A DNA stretch of 64,000 nucleotides, taken from positions 32,001 through 96,000 of IMG/VR virus record IMGVR_UViG_3300021255_000040; one strand, 5' to 3'. The translations under genes were made by a program, and so were the position numbers. Source of the stretch: a virus (Duplodnaviria; Caudoviricetes). Below, one piece after another: positions 38,859 to 49,321 of this stretch. Position 1 is the stretch's first letter; each line of letters begins with the position of its first letter. Under the pieces are notes generated by a model. The model was not told the DNA's origin, searched no databases, and saw nothing but the letters and a program-made list of their open reading frames with translations.

Positions 38859-39526
38859 CCATACAAGAGTATTTTGGTGACTGGTCTAAAGTGGTAGACC
38901 TACAGGAGGCTGATAGGATTATTAAGAAACTGTCAGCCTCTAATCATATCATCTGCCCTCAACTCAAAGACATCTTCAAATGTTTCAGGCTCTGCTCTCT
39001 CAGTAATCTAAGAGTGGTACTAATCGGACAGGATCCTTATCCTCAGAAAGGAGTGGCTACAGGTCTTGCCTTTGCCAATAGCCCAGACACTCCAGAAAAT
39101 TCATATTCTCCTTCCTTGGAAATCCTTAGGGAATCTGTAATCAACTACACTATCCCACATAGAAGAGTTACTTTTGCTCCAGATTTGGAGAAGTGGGAAG
39201 CACAGGGGGTGCTGCTGTTAAACTCAGCACTTTCCTGTGAAGTAGGAAGAGTAGGAAGCCATACATTACTGTGGAGACCTTTCATCAAGTCCTTACTCAC
39301 TAATCTCTCAAAGTACCATACAGGGCTGGTTTATCTGCTCATGGGAACTCAGGCTCAAAGTCTGGAACCCTATATCAACAAGCAGTTCAATCATGTGATT
39401 CATATCAGACATCCCTCATGGTATGCACGTCAGAGGCAGAGAATGCCTTCTGACATCTGGCAAGAGATTAACACCATTCTCATAGGTCAAAATGGCTATG
39501 GTATAGAATGGTTCACAGAGTATTAA
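38855..39526 (+). CDS. ung: uracil-DNA glycosylase family 1
   Basis: GQDPY, GLAF, SPSL, VLLLN, HPS. Confidence 0.93.
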   Translation: MTIQEYFGDWSKVVDLQEADRIIKKLSASNHIICPQLKDIFKCFRLCSLSNLRVVLIGQDPYPQKGVATGLAFANSPDTPENSYSPSLEILRESVINYTIPHRRVTFAPDLEKWEAQGVLLLNSALSCEVGRVGSHTLLWRPFIKSLLTNLSKYHTGLVYLLMGTQAQSLEPYINKQFNHVIHIRHPSWYARQRQRMPSDIWQEINTILIGQNGYGIEWFTEY

Positions 39527-39545
39527 CAAATAAAACAAGAACAAG

Positions 39546-39908
39546 ATGAAAAAGTATTTTGTAGTTGAAACTGATGAAATTTGTGAGTTTGGTGATGCAT
39601 TACACCTTACTATGTTCAAAGAACTTGAGGATGGAAAGGTCACTGTAGAGAAGGATGTAGAGTTCTCTGAGGACACTATGGACTGGATGATTGAGATGGG
39701 CTTTGTAGAAGAGCGTGAAGTTGAGGAAAATGACCTGATTGACTTTGGCAATGAGGAACCTTGTGAGGCATTAGCTGCTCTGGAAGAAGATTTTGAGGCT
39801 CTTGAACAGAGAATTGATGCTATGGAAGTCATGATTAAAGAAATCTATGACCTCATCAAGCCATCTGTTAAGGAAGAGAAGAAGAATGCTCAACCAAAGA
39901 AGAAATGA
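39546..39908 (+). CDS. acidic hypothetical protein
   Basis: 120-aa E/D-rich ORF. Confidence 0.7.
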   Translation: MKKYFVVETDEICEFGDALHLTMFKELEDGKVTVEKDVEFSEDTMDWMIEMGFVEEREVEENDLIDFGNEEPCEALAALEEDFEALEQRIDAMEVMIKEIYDLIKPSVKEEKKNAQPKKK

Positions 39909-40474
39909 GTGAACATATTGCTGGAGTAAATCCTAAGATATATAATGGTAAAGAGTATAGAAGTACCCTTGAAGCCGAAACAGCTGAAACATTGGATAAA
40001 ATGGGGATTCCTTGGGAGTATGAGACTAAAACTTATACTCTCCAGGAAAGCTTCTATTGTCAATGGCAGAAAAGAATAGTTATGCCTATTCAGTATATTC
40101 CAGACTTTATTATAGGGCCAATTCAAATTGAAATGAAAGGGTATGAAACTCCTGATTGGAAAATAAAAAAGAAGCTTTTCTTTAAGTACCTTAAGGAGAA
40201 TGAGCCTGATACTATCTGGTATATGTGTAAGAACAACAAGCAGCTTCTTGAGGCTCTGGATAATCATTGGGCTTGTCTTGGTTTCTGTGTAGAGGCAACT
40301 TCAAAGCCTGACAAAAAGCATAACTCAGAAACTCATAAGTTTGATTCTATAAAGCAGGCTATGCTTGACCTTGGTCTTAAAGGTAAATCTATGACTTCCG
40401 TTCTTAGGTCTCTCACAGGTAAAACAGAATATGTTTATGGTTACAAGTGGAATTTAAAAAAGATAATATTGTAA
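39905..40474 (+). CDS. T7 endonuclease I-like PD-(D/E)XK nuclease with NUMOD1-like tail
   Basis: YRSTLE...WEYE...YIPDF...IEMKG. Confidence 0.75.
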   Translation: MSEHIAGVNPKIYNGKEYRSTLEAETAETLDKMGIPWEYETKTYTLQESFYCQWQKRIVMPIQYIPDFIIGPIQIEMKGYETPDWKIKKKLFFKYLKENEPDTIWYMCKNNKQLLEALDNHWACLGFCVEATSKPDKKHNSETHKFDSIKQAMLDLGLKGKSMTSVLRSLTGKTEYVYGYKWNLKKIIL

Positions 40475-40478
40475 AAAC

Positions 40479-40733
40479 ATGAAAAGTCGTTTTAATAAAT
40501 ATAAGAGTGAAGGCAAGGCTGCATCAAGCCAGATTGCCAATATCAATAACTTCATTGACTGGAACTTTGACAAGGGTCTTGACCTTATTGAAAAGGAAAT
40601 CAACTCTCTTCAGAACCAGATTAATGGTGGAGCTGATAACAAGATGTTCCCTAAGAAGATTAATCTGCTCATCAGTTTAGGTGAGTTGATTGAGAAGACT
40701 CACGAAGCATATCACTTCAATAAGAACAACTGA
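40479..40733 (+). CDS. hypothetical protein
   Basis: 84-aa ORF. Confidence 0.65.
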   Translation: MKSRFNKYKSEGKAASSQIANINNFIDWNFDKGLDLIEKEINSLQNQINGGADNKMFPKKINLLISLGELIEKTHEAYHFNKNN

Positions 40734-40735
40734 TT

Positions 40736-41779
40736 ATGGAAATAGTAAAGGAATTAAGTAGCATTTCCTTGGCTATCACAGAACCTGAGTACAGACAGAG
40801 GCCAGAGTTGAGTTATAGCACTTTAAGCACCTACGAAACTCTTGGCTTCACTGGCTTAGACCATCTGTTTGATAAGAAGGAAAGCTCTTCACTGACCTTA
40901 GGCAGTGTTGTAGATACAATACTTACAGGAGGAGAAGATGAGTTTAAAAGCCTTTATACAGTTCTGGATATTAATGTCACAGATAGTGGCATTGACATTT
41001 GCAAAAGCTTGGTTAATCTGTGTCTACCGTTTGAAACTTTTGAGGAAATCCCTGAGAGCATAGTCTCTGATACTGCTAAGTCTGTTGGGTTCTGGCAAAA
41101 TGACAAGTGGGACAAGAAGAGATATTCTGAGGTCTTGAAAACTGGCAATGTCGCAGAGTATTATAATGCTCTACGCAGCTCTGATAAGACTATCATCAGT
41201 TGTGACACTTACCAGACAGCTCTTGCTATGGTTAGAGCACTGAGGGAAAGTCCTGCTACTGCTGGATACTTTGCAGACAATGATGAACTGTCCCCCATCA
41301 GAAGATATTACCAGCTTAAGTTTGCTGCTAATTTTGAAGGTGTGGGCTACAGGAACATGGCAGACCTCTTAGTGGTTGATTATGAAAAAAAGGTAATATG
41401 GCCTATTGATCTGAAGACCTCGATGTCTACAGCAGAATGGGACTTTGAGCAAAACTTCAAGAAGTGGCACTATTACATCCAGGCAAGACTCTATTGGAGA
41501 ATCATCCGTGCTAACATGGATAATGACCCATACTTCAAGGACTTTACTCTGGAGGATTATCGTTTCATCATCTGCAATCCTAAGACCCTGACTCCATTGG
41601 TATGGGAATTCCCATTGACTAAATCAGTAGGAACTCTTATAGATGATGACGGTAAGGAAATCAGAGATCCCTTTGAGATTGGTAAGGAATTGCAAGGTTA
41701 TCTCAACCTCAGACCCCCAGTGCCTAATGGTATCAACAAGGATGGAATTAATATGATTAGATGTATTCAAAAGAAGTAA
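40736..41779 (+). CDS. PD-(D/E)XK exonuclease (RecE/exo VIII-like)
   Basis: LSYSTL, GSVVD, ADLL...IDLKT, YYIQARLY. Confidence 0.8.
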   Translation: MEIVKELSSISLAITEPEYRQRPELSYSTLSTYETLGFTGLDHLFDKKESSSLTLGSVVDTILTGGEDEFKSLYTVLDINVTDSGIDICKSLVNLCLPFETFEEIPESIVSDTAKSVGFWQNDKWDKKRYSEVLKTGNVAEYYNALRSSDKTIISCDTYQTALAMVRALRESPATAGYFADNDELSPIRRYYQLKFAANFEGVGYRNMADLLVVDYEKKVIWPIDLKTSMSTAEWDFEQNFKKWHYYIQARLYWRIIRANMDNDPYFKDFTLEDYRFIICNPKTLTPLVWEFPLTKSVGTLIDDDGKEIRDPFEIGKELQGYLNLRPPVPNGINKDGINMIRCIQKK

Positions 41780-41806
41780 CTTAATGCTTAAAGATATGAG
41801 AAAATT

Positions 41807-43978
41807 ATGGTAGTAATAAAGCGTGATGGCTCCAAAGAGGAGTTTAATCCAAAGAAGATTGAGAATGCTATTCTGAAGGCTTTTAAGGCTTGTAAGGAAC
41901 CTTTGAGTGATAGAGACAGAATGACTATTAGCACTTTCTGTGTAGACTTGGAAGTAGCAGAACTGGAGATGACTGTAGAGAATATTCAGGATTCTGTCGA
42001 GAAATTCTTATTACAGAAGGACAAATGGTTTGAGGTAGGTAAAGCTTATATGTTGTATAGAGAACAGCATAAGCAGGCAAGAGTTATTTCTGAGAAACTG
42101 AAGTATATTCATAAGTATGTAGATTCCAATGAGTCTGCTACCAATCTCTCTAACACAGATGACAATGCCAACAGTAACAAGAAGAACTCTGCTACTCTGG
42201 AAGGTGAACTCCATAAGGATACCAACCGTATTGTTCAGAGAAGCCAGATGAAGGAGTTGCTGGCAGAGATTAGTTCTCCATACAGAAACCAGTATGTCAA
42301 AGACTTAGAGCATCATATTATCTATCAGCATGATGAGACTGGTGCTATCATTAAGCCTTACTGCTCTGCCTATACCTTATATCCATTGCTGGTTGATGGT
42401 ACTAGCAGTGTGGATGGTACAAAGAATCATGCTCCTCATCATCTTAGCAGCTTCTGTGGACAGTTCCAGAATCTTGTGTTCTTACTGTCAGCTCAGAAGA
42501 AAGGTGCTGGTGCTTATGGTGAGTTCTTTAACTTCTTCTCTTATTTCTGTGAGAAGGAATGGGGCTTGGAGTATTATAAGAAGGAAGATGTGGTGATTAC
42601 TAATGAACACTGTTTAGAACAGAGGACTATTGGTCAGACTATTGACCAGTACTTCCAGTCAGTAACTCATTACATCAATCAGCCAGCTGGTAATCGTGGC
42701 TATCAAAGCCCCTTTACCAATTTCAATGTCTTTGACTCCTATTACTGGCACACCATGTTTGATGACTTTACATTTCCTGATGGCACTCAACCTCATTGGG
42801 ATGCAGTCAATTGGCTCCAGAAAAGATATATGAAGTGGCTGAATCAGGAAAGAACTAAGACTCTCTTGACCTTCCCTGTAATGACTGTGTGCCTTCTGAC
42901 AGATGGTAAGGATGTTCTAGACAAAGAATATAAGGATTTCATTACTACTCAGTGGGCTGAAGGTGATAGTTTCTTTGTCTATCTCTCAGAGAATGCTGAT
43001 AGTATCTCAAGCTGTTGCAGACTTAGAAATGAAATTACAGAGAATTCTTTCTCATCTACCACAGGACTTACAGGTGTTCAGACAGGCTCTTGTAATGTGA
43101 TGACTCTTAATCTCAATAGAATTGTTCAGGATTTCTGTAAAGAAAAGGACTATACTCAGGCTAGAATTTTGAACGGAGATGTGGATATGGAAGAATTTGA
43201 GGAGCATTTTAAGAGCTATCTTGAATCTATCCTTGACAGAGTCTATGACTATCAGAAAGCATATAAGACAGGTCTCTATAAACTGGATAAGCAAGGCATG
43301 TATCCTCAGACAAAAGCAGGTTACATTCACTTTGACAAGCTTTATTGCACTATTGGTGTTAATGGTTTGAATGAAGCTGCAAGGTTCTTAGGTCTGACTA
43401 TTAGTAATAACAAGGACTATATGGACTTTGCTTCTTGGATTCTTGGTGTCATCAAGGACTACAACAAACAGCACTCTGAAAAGAAGTTCAAGTTCAACCT
43501 TGAGTTGGTTCCTGCTGAAAGCCTTGGTGTGAAGAACTATAATTGGGACAAGCAAGATGGATATTACGTGCCAGATGATGAGAATCTCTATAACAGCTAT
43601 ATCTATGATGCCCATGATGATACTTCTATCCTTAACAAGATAGCTATGCAGGGTGGTCAGATTGCTAAGTCTATTGATGGTGGACAGGCCAGCCATCTTA
43701 ATTTACAGGACAACTTGGATAAGGAGCAGTACACTAAGCTTCTTGAGTATGCAGTACAGGTAGGTAACAGTTACATTACCTTCAATGTTCCTCAGACTCA
43801 GTGTGATGATTGTGGTTTCATTGCCAAGCATCCATTTACTGAGTGTCCTAAGTGCAGAAGCCATAAGGTTACTCAATGGACTCGCATCATAGGCTACTTA
43901 AGACCTATCAAAGCTTGGAGTGAAGCTCGTCAGAAGGAAGGCTTAAATAGAATGTTTGCTAAAAAGGATAGTATCTAA
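41807..43978 (+). CDS. nrdD: anaerobic ribonucleoside-triphosphate reductase
   Basis: ATP cone VIKRDG; SSCCRL; CDDC/CPKC; TRIIGYL glycyl-radical motif. Confidence 0.95.
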   Translation: MVVIKRDGSKEEFNPKKIENAILKAFKACKEPLSDRDRMTISTFCVDLEVAELEMTVENIQDSVEKFLLQKDKWFEVGKAYMLYREQHKQARVISEKLKYIHKYVDSNESATNLSNTDDNANSNKKNSATLEGELHKDTNRIVQRSQMKELLAEISSPYRNQYVKDLEHHIIYQHDETGAIIKPYCSAYTLYPLLVDGTSSVDGTKNHAPHHLSSFCGQFQNLVFLLSAQKKGAGAYGEFFNFFSYFCEKEWGLEYYKKEDVVITNEHCLEQRTIGQTIDQYFQSVTHYINQPAGNRGYQSPFTNFNVFDSYYWHTMFDDFTFPDGTQPHWDAVNWLQKRYMKWLNQERTKTLLTFPVMTVCLLTDGKDVLDKEYKDFITTQWAEGDSFFVYLSENADSISSCCRLRNEITENSFSSTTGLTGVQTGSCNVMTLNLNRIVQDFCKEKDYTQARILNGDVDMEEFEEHFKSYLESILDRVYDYQKAYKTGLYKLDKQGMYPQTKAGYIHFDKLYCTIGVNGLNEAARFLGLTISNNKDYMDFASWILGVIKDYNKQHSEKKFKFNLELVPAESLGVKNYNWDKQDGYYVPDDENLYNSYIYDAHDDTSILNKIAMQGGQIAKSIDGGQASHLNLQDNLDKEQYTKLLEYAVQVGNSYITFNVPQTQCDDCGFIAKHPFTECPKCRSHKVTQWTRIIGYLRPIKAWSEARQKEGLNRMFAKKDSI

Positions 43979-44425
43979 ATGGAAATGCAAGAAGAAGTAA
44001 AAGAGTGTATTAAATGTCATAGAATACTGCCACTTTCAGAATTTCAGAAGAGCACTAAGACAAATAATACTTGTAAGAAGTGTAAAGCTGAATATAAAAG
44101 GCAATATATGAGTATAAAAGAAAATCGAGAAAAGGCAAATAGAACAGAAAGTAGAAGACAGCTAAATTTCATTCGTTCTTTAAAAACTCCATGTATCGTA
44201 TGTGGAGAATCTGAACCTGTATGTATTGATTTTCATCACTTAGATCCTACAACAAAGGAATTTGATGTAACTCTAAAAAGAACAAAAGCTAAAGCTAAAA
44301 TAATTGCAGAGGCGGCAAAATGTGTTTGTCTTTGTTCTAATTGTCACAGAAAATTCCATGCGGGACTTCTTGACATTTCTGAGTATGTGAATAATCCAAT
44401 TTATAAAAGAGATTTAAATGCTTAG
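43979..44425 (+). CDS. HNH endonuclease
   Basis: CIVCGE...DFHHLDP...LCSNCHRKFH; N-terminal CxxC pairs. Confidence 0.85.
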   Translation: MEMQEEVKECIKCHRILPLSEFQKSTKTNNTCKKCKAEYKRQYMSIKENREKANRTESRRQLNFIRSLKTPCIVCGESEPVCIDFHHLDPTTKEFDVTLKRTKAKAKIIAEAAKCVCLCSNCHRKFHAGLLDISEYVNNPIYKRDLNA

Positions 44426-44885
44426 GTATTTATATACAAAGGAATTATTTAGCGAGATCCCAGGCGAAATCAGCCTGGGCATCTCTATTACAGGTTGTAG
44501 ATTGAAGTGTGTTGGATGTCATAGCAGAGAACTTTGGGAAGATAAAGGTGAACCCCTTGATGTAGAAACTCTATGTGGGTTGCTCAATCAGCACGAAGGA
44601 ATTACTTGTGTCTGCCTATTTGGTGGGGAACATGATATAGATACCCTAACAGAGCTATTCATGTATGCTCATAAGAGAGTCAAGACTGCATGGTATTCAG
44701 GACTTGACAGACTACCTAAAGACAAACATGGTATCCTTCAGTTTCTTGATTTTTATAAGGAAGGTCATTTTGACTATGAACTGGGAGGACTTGATTCTCC
44801 TACTACTAATCAGAAGCTTTACCATATTACTCATCCTGGAGAAAAGCTGTGGGATATTACCAAATTATTACAAAAGAAAATTTAA
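44418..44885 (+). CDS. nrdG: NrdD activating radical SAM protein
   Basis: GCRLKCVGCH, GGE, TNQ; near nrdD. Confidence 0.93.
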   Translation: MLRYLYTKELFSEIPGEISLGISITGCRLKCVGCHSRELWEDKGEPLDVETLCGLLNQHEGITCVCLFGGEHDIDTLTELFMYAHKRVKTAWYSGLDRLPKDKHGILQFLDFYKEGHFDYELGGLDSPTTNQKLYHITHPGEKLWDITKLLQKKI

Positions 44886-44890
44886 ACAAA

Positions 44891-45430
44891 ATGACAATTA
44901 AAGTTTTAGAGAAGACAGAAGGCTGCTTTCCTGTAACCTTTGAGATAGGTGATTGGTATGATCTCTGTACAGCAGAAGACATCACACTTAAAGCACCACA
45001 GGCAAATAAACTACATAAGAGAAACCAGCATAAGAATGACTCTCCTGAGATAAGAACGAGAGATGTTGATTTTGACTTTAAGCTAATTCCCCTTGGTGTA
45101 GCAATGGAGATGCCTAAAGGTACTGAGTGCCACCTTCTACCTAGAAGTTCTACTTTCAGTAAATATGGATTAATACAAGCTAATTCCCAAGGTGTTATAG
45201 ATAGAAGCTATGCATCTGATAAAGATGAATGGAAATTGCCTGTAGTAGCCACAAGAAAAGTCACTATTCCCAAAGGTACAAGAATAGCACAATTTAGACT
45301 GATTCCCTCTCAGAAGGCTACAGTTTGGCAGAAGCTCCATTGGCTTTTCTCCAATGGTACAAAACTCAAGAAAGTATCTTATCTCAACAACCCAGAGCGT
45401 AAGGGTATTGGAGAAGGTACTGGTAACTAA
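44891..45430 (+). CDS. dut: trimeric dUTPase
   Basis: YDL, LLPRSS, GVIDRSY, RIAQF, RKGIGEGTG. Confidence 0.9.
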   Translation: MTIKVLEKTEGCFPVTFEIGDWYDLCTAEDITLKAPQANKLHKRNQHKNDSPEIRTRDVDFDFKLIPLGVAMEMPKGTECHLLPRSSTFSKYGLIQANSQGVIDRSYASDKDEWKLPVVATRKVTIPKGTRIAQFRLIPSQKATVWQKLHWLFSNGTKLKKVSYLNNPERKGIGEGTGN

Positions 45431-45447
45431 TTTAAACAAGTAATCGT

Positions 45448-45879
45448 ATGAATAATAATCATAACAAATCACTCCTCTCATTCTCCTTTGCAAAAGGATT
45501 CACTAGCCCCAACTTTCCCATTGCCACTTTCTATCAAGGTAACAAGGAGCTTAACTTCATCATAGATACTGGCTCAGATGATAATGTCATCAATAGTTCA
45601 GCACTGAAAGACATTAAGTATGAAGAAGTAAAGCACAATGGTACATTAGCAGGTGTTGGAGGTGTCTTCCAAGTAAAAGCTTGTAACATAGAGTTTCAGT
45701 ATGATGGAGAGAATTTCAAAGAGAAGTTCATCATCTCTGAGCATCTTCAGCAAGCATTTGATGACATTCGCAATGCCCATGCTATTCCTTTGCATGGAAT
45801 GTTAGGCTCTAAGTTCCTCAGAGAAAACAACATTGTACTGGACTTCAACAATATGACAGCTTATAATAAAAAGGTATGA
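45448..45879 (+). CDS. retropepsin-like aspartic protease
   Basis: FIIDTGS, GVGG flap, GMLGSKFL. Confidence 0.85.
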   Translation: MNNNHNKSLLSFSFAKGFTSPNFPIATFYQGNKELNFIIDTGSDDNVINSSALKDIKYEEVKHNGTLAGVGGVFQVKACNIEFQYDGENFKEKFIISEHLQQAFDDIRNAHAIPLHGMLGSKFLRENNIVLDFNNMTAYNKKV

Positions 45880-47963
45880 TATATCTAGTGACCAATCAGA
45901 CTGCTTTGTTTGAGTCTGAACACTATACTACAATGTCAGTAGATGACTCCATCAAGTTGATTGAGAGTTGGAAAGCTATTCAGTTTGATACTGAGGCAGA
46001 TGCTCTTGACCAGCATGTTGGACATCTATTGACTATGCAGTTTGGTTCTCCTGATGGCAAAGACCAAGTAGTTGTTGACTGTACTACTGTGAATCCTGTA
46101 TTATATAAAGGTGTACTAGAAGCAAAACTCTTGATTGGTCATAATCTGAAGTATGACCTCCAGTGGCTTTATAATTATGGCATTCATCCTCTGAATGTCT
46201 ATTGTACCATGATTGCAGAGCAGTTTATCTATCTTGGGTTTCCTAGTGGGGCTGTAAAGTTCAGTCTTCAGGAAGTAGCTCAGAGGTATCTAGGCATCTA
46301 TATTGATAAGGAAGTCAGAGGAGAGATAAGATACAAAGGCCTGTGTGATGAGGTAATAGTCTATGCTGCTAATGATGTAGTTCATTTGTGGCCTATCATG
46401 CAAAAGCAAATAGCTATCTGTAAGGAAAGAAATGCTGTTGAAGGCTGCAAGATTGAATGCCTCTTTACTCCTGTAGTAGCTTATCTGGAATGGTGTGGTA
46501 TCAAGATGGATGTAGCTAAGTGGCAAGCTAAGATGAAACAAGACCAGCTGGACTTGGAGAATTGTATCAAGGCTCTGAATGACTACTGCATCAAGAAACC
46601 TCAACTCCAAAAATGGGTATATGTTAATACACAAGGAGATTTATTTGAGGGTTATGACCTTACACCTAAATTTGCTATTGACTGGCAGAAGAAAGAAGCC
46701 ATTCAGGTATTCAAGGCTCTTGGATTCAATGTTAGTGCAGTCAGCAAGTCTACTGGAAAAGATTCAGAATCAAAGACAGAGAAGCTGATTACCTCCCAGA
46801 AAGGTATAGATGATGAATTCCTAAGGCTCTATTATGGTAAAGGAGAACCAGAAGATGATGATTATTATCCAGGTTATAATGGAAGTTATAAGGTTGTTAC
46901 TTCATTTGGTCAAGGACATATCAATGCTATTAATCCTATCACTGGCAGAATCCATACTAACTACAAGGCTATTGGTACTATCTCAGGCAGAATGTCTTCA
47001 GGTTCAGACCAGCCTAATGCTGATTTGGCAAAGCTCAAGAAAATTCCTGCCGAGGAGTGTAAGTATCCTAACATGCAGCAGCTACCCAAGAATGCTATGA
47101 CCAGAAGCTGCTTTATTGCAGAGAAAGGTAATTTGTTCTGTTCTTGTGACTATAGTGCTATGGAGGCTCGCATTGGTGCAGATGTTTACAATGAACATAA
47201 GCTACTGGATGAATTCCTTTATGGTTCAGGTGATACTCATGCTGCTTATGCTAAGGCTGTATTTGCTAAGGAACTGGAGGGTATTGATACCAAAGACATC
47301 AAGAAGAAGCGTCCTGACCTCAGAAGTAAAGTAAAGTCTGTAGAATTTGCTGTGCAGTTTGGTAGTGATGGTACTGCTGTTGCTCCTCAATTAAAAATTT
47401 CAGTAGAGGAAGCTAGACAGTTGGTAGTAAACCTGATGAATGGTATGACAGGACTGAAGTCCTTCAAGGAGAAATGGTCTAAATTTGTACTGGATCATGG
47501 CTATATGATTATCATGCCTCAGACTGGACACAAGAGCTATTGGCATGATTGGGAACATTGGAAGGAAGTACAGACATCTTATACCAGAGAGTTTTGGGAT
47601 AACTATAAGCAGCATCACAAAGGAACTGGTGATGATGTATGTAAACAAGTGAAGGAACACTTTCAAGCTAAATCCAAATGGTGTGACCGTATGAGCTTGA
47701 ACCTGCCAACTCAAGGTGGAGGAGCCATTGTTCTAAAAGAAGCTGCTACTGCCTTGTATCATTGGGTTATTGATAATGGTTACTGGGGAAAGATTCTCTT
47801 TGTGAACTTTACTCATGATGAGATTAACTCTGAATTCCCTGAAGAACTGAAGGACATCTATCCTAATGTGGTAGCCCAAATTATGCAGGATGCAGCAGCT
47901 AAGTATTATCATAAGCTCCCAATTCCAGCAGTTCCTGAAGTTGGTTCGCACTGGATCCACTAA
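45876..47963 (+). CDS. polA: family A DNA polymerase with 3'-5' exonuclease
   Basis: FDTE, GHNLKYD, YAANDV; SGRMSS, DYSAMEAR, RSKVKSVEFAVQFG, THDE. Confidence 0.95.
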   Translation: MIYLVTNQTALFESEHYTTMSVDDSIKLIESWKAIQFDTEADALDQHVGHLLTMQFGSPDGKDQVVVDCTTVNPVLYKGVLEAKLLIGHNLKYDLQWLYNYGIHPLNVYCTMIAEQFIYLGFPSGAVKFSLQEVAQRYLGIYIDKEVRGEIRYKGLCDEVIVYAANDVVHLWPIMQKQIAICKERNAVEGCKIECLFTPVVAYLEWCGIKMDVAKWQAKMKQDQLDLENCIKALNDYCIKKPQLQKWVYVNTQGDLFEGYDLTPKFAIDWQKKEAIQVFKALGFNVSAVSKSTGKDSESKTEKLITSQKGIDDEFLRLYYGKGEPEDDDYYPGYNGSYKVVTSFGQGHINAINPITGRIHTNYKAIGTISGRMSSGSDQPNADLAKLKKIPAEECKYPNMQQLPKNAMTRSCFIAEKGNLFCSCDYSAMEARIGADVYNEHKLLDEFLYGSGDTHAAYAKAVFAKELEGIDTKDIKKKRPDLRSKVKSVEFAVQFGSDGTAVAPQLKISVEEARQLVVNLMNGMTGLKSFKEKWSKFVLDHGYMIIMPQTGHKSYWHDWEHWKEVQTSYTREFWDNYKQHHKGTGDDVCKQVKEHFQAKSKWCDRMSLNLPTQGGGAIVLKEAATALYHWVIDNGYWGKILFVNFTHDEINSEFPEELKDIYPNVVAQIMQDAAAKYYHKLPIPAVPEVGSHWIH

Positions 47964-47975
47964 ACTATTAACACT

Positions 47976-48164
47976 ATGCCAAAGATTATGTTTATGACAA
48001 AAGCAGAGGTTGACTCACTGAAGGAATTCTGTGATGAGAACCTTGCTGTAGGACAAGTAGAAATCACTCAGTCACACAGCTCTGGTATTGGTATTATCAC
48101 CAAAGTACAGGTGAAAGACCTACCAGAGACTCTGACTGATATAACAGACATTGATTCGTGGTAA
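47976..48164 (+). CDS. small hypothetical protein
   Basis: SSGIG...DITDIDSW. Confidence 0.65.
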   Translation: MPKIMFMTKAEVDSLKEFCDENLAVGQVEITQSHSSGIGIITKVQVKDLPETLTDITDIDSW

Positions 48165-48165
48165 T

Positions 48166-48405
48166 ATGGAATTTATAAGAAGCATTAGAGAAAAATCCCA
48201 AACCAAGGCTATAGAGAATCTTGAGAAGATGGCTGAAGAGATAATTACTGTCAGGGACTTTGACAGCAGTCTCTTCATTGCCTATAATGGTACTCCCTTA
48301 GCCCCTATTGATGAATCATGGACTACTAAGGAGATAGTCCAGCAGCTCTCTATCTTCAGGCACAACTACATCAACTCCAAGAAGAAGGAGCAGGGTTTAG
48401 CCTAA
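48166..48405 (+). CDS. hypothetical protein
   Basis: 79-aa ORF. Confidence 0.65.
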   Translation: MEFIRSIREKSQTKAIENLEKMAEEIITVRDFDSSLFIAYNGTPLAPIDESWTTKEIVQQLSIFRHNYINSKKKEQGLA

Positions 48406-48441
48406 GATTATAAATGTACAATATAATAATGTAGAAATATT

Positions 48442-48909
48442 ATGCTGATAGAAGTAAAAGTTAAGGTCACTAGAGTCATTGACAATAAGACCAGAAAGAG
48501 AACAGAGACTTGTGTTTTAGATAAAGAGCTGTTCTCAGAGGCTGAGTATGCAGTAATGAATAGTTACACTACTGAACAAGAAGAAGGTTTAATTGATAAC
48601 TTTGAGATTCAGTCTTTAAAGATTTCACCTATCAAGGAGATTTGCACCCAGTGGCTTCAGGATTATACCCTTAGTGGTTATCCTGCCTTCCTTGCCACTT
48701 TGAAGGACATTTGGCTGGATGATGATGGTACAGAGAAGGCTCTAAAATACAAAGTCCTGCTCTGGGCAGAAAACCTTACTCAGGCTAATCAGAGAGTTCA
48801 GCAGTTAGCCCGTGAAGGTTATGACATGCAGATTGAAGGCATCAAACAGGTGGACTATGAGTACTTGGTTGAACAACTTAATCATATAGAGGAGACAGAG
48901 AATGACTAA
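48442..48909 (+). CDS. DUF4494-like protein
   Basis: EVKVK...FSEAE...IKEI...DDDG.EK...L.WAENL..A. Confidence 0.65.
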   Translation: MLIEVKVKVTRVIDNKTRKRTETCVLDKELFSEAEYAVMNSYTTEQEEGLIDNFEIQSLKISPIKEICTQWLQDYTLSGYPAFLATLKDIWLDDDGTEKALKYKVLLWAENLTQANQRVQQLAREGYDMQIEGIKQVDYEYLVEQLNHIEETEND

Positions 48910-49318
48910 ACAAGAAGTTCTTAATAAGACATGGTATAAACTTAGAGATGCCATTGGCAATTCTAAACAATTAAATCAGTTAAGCCCTCTTCTGATGGAA
49001 ATGAAAGCTGCAATAGATTTAGAAGAAGCACCAAAGGATGAGAAGGCTTCTGATACCCATAAGAGACTTTTTAATCCCGAAGGAAATGATGATATGGTAA
49101 ATAACCCTGGTCACTATCAGTCTATGGTTGCAGACTTAAACATTGATTGTATCACAGCAATGAGAGCAGCTTTTGGAAACTATGAGACTGCTGTATTCTG
49201 CAAGCTCAATGCCTTCAAATATGTATGGAGAGCATCTTCTAAGAATGGTAATGAAGACATTGATAAAGCTTCATGGTATTTGAATAAATACAGGGAACTT
49301 GGTGGTGAAGATCAATAG
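48902..49318 (+). CDS. DUF3310 (T7 gp1.7-like nucleotide kinase) domain protein
   Basis: VNNPGHY, IDCI, NAFKYVWR...KNG.EDIDKASWYL. Confidence 0.8.
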   Translation: MTKQEVLNKTWYKLRDAIGNSKQLNQLSPLLMEMKAAIDLEEAPKDEKASDTHKRLFNPEGNDDMVNNPGHYQSMVADLNIDCITAMRAAFGNYETAVFCKLNAFKYVWRASSKNGNEDIDKASWYLNKYRELGGEDQ

Positions 49319-49321
49319 CCT

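Noticed and set aside
41807-47963. Introns or inteins in nrdD or polA
   Set aside because: Both are continuous, of normal length and have all motifs; the nearby HNH is free-standing
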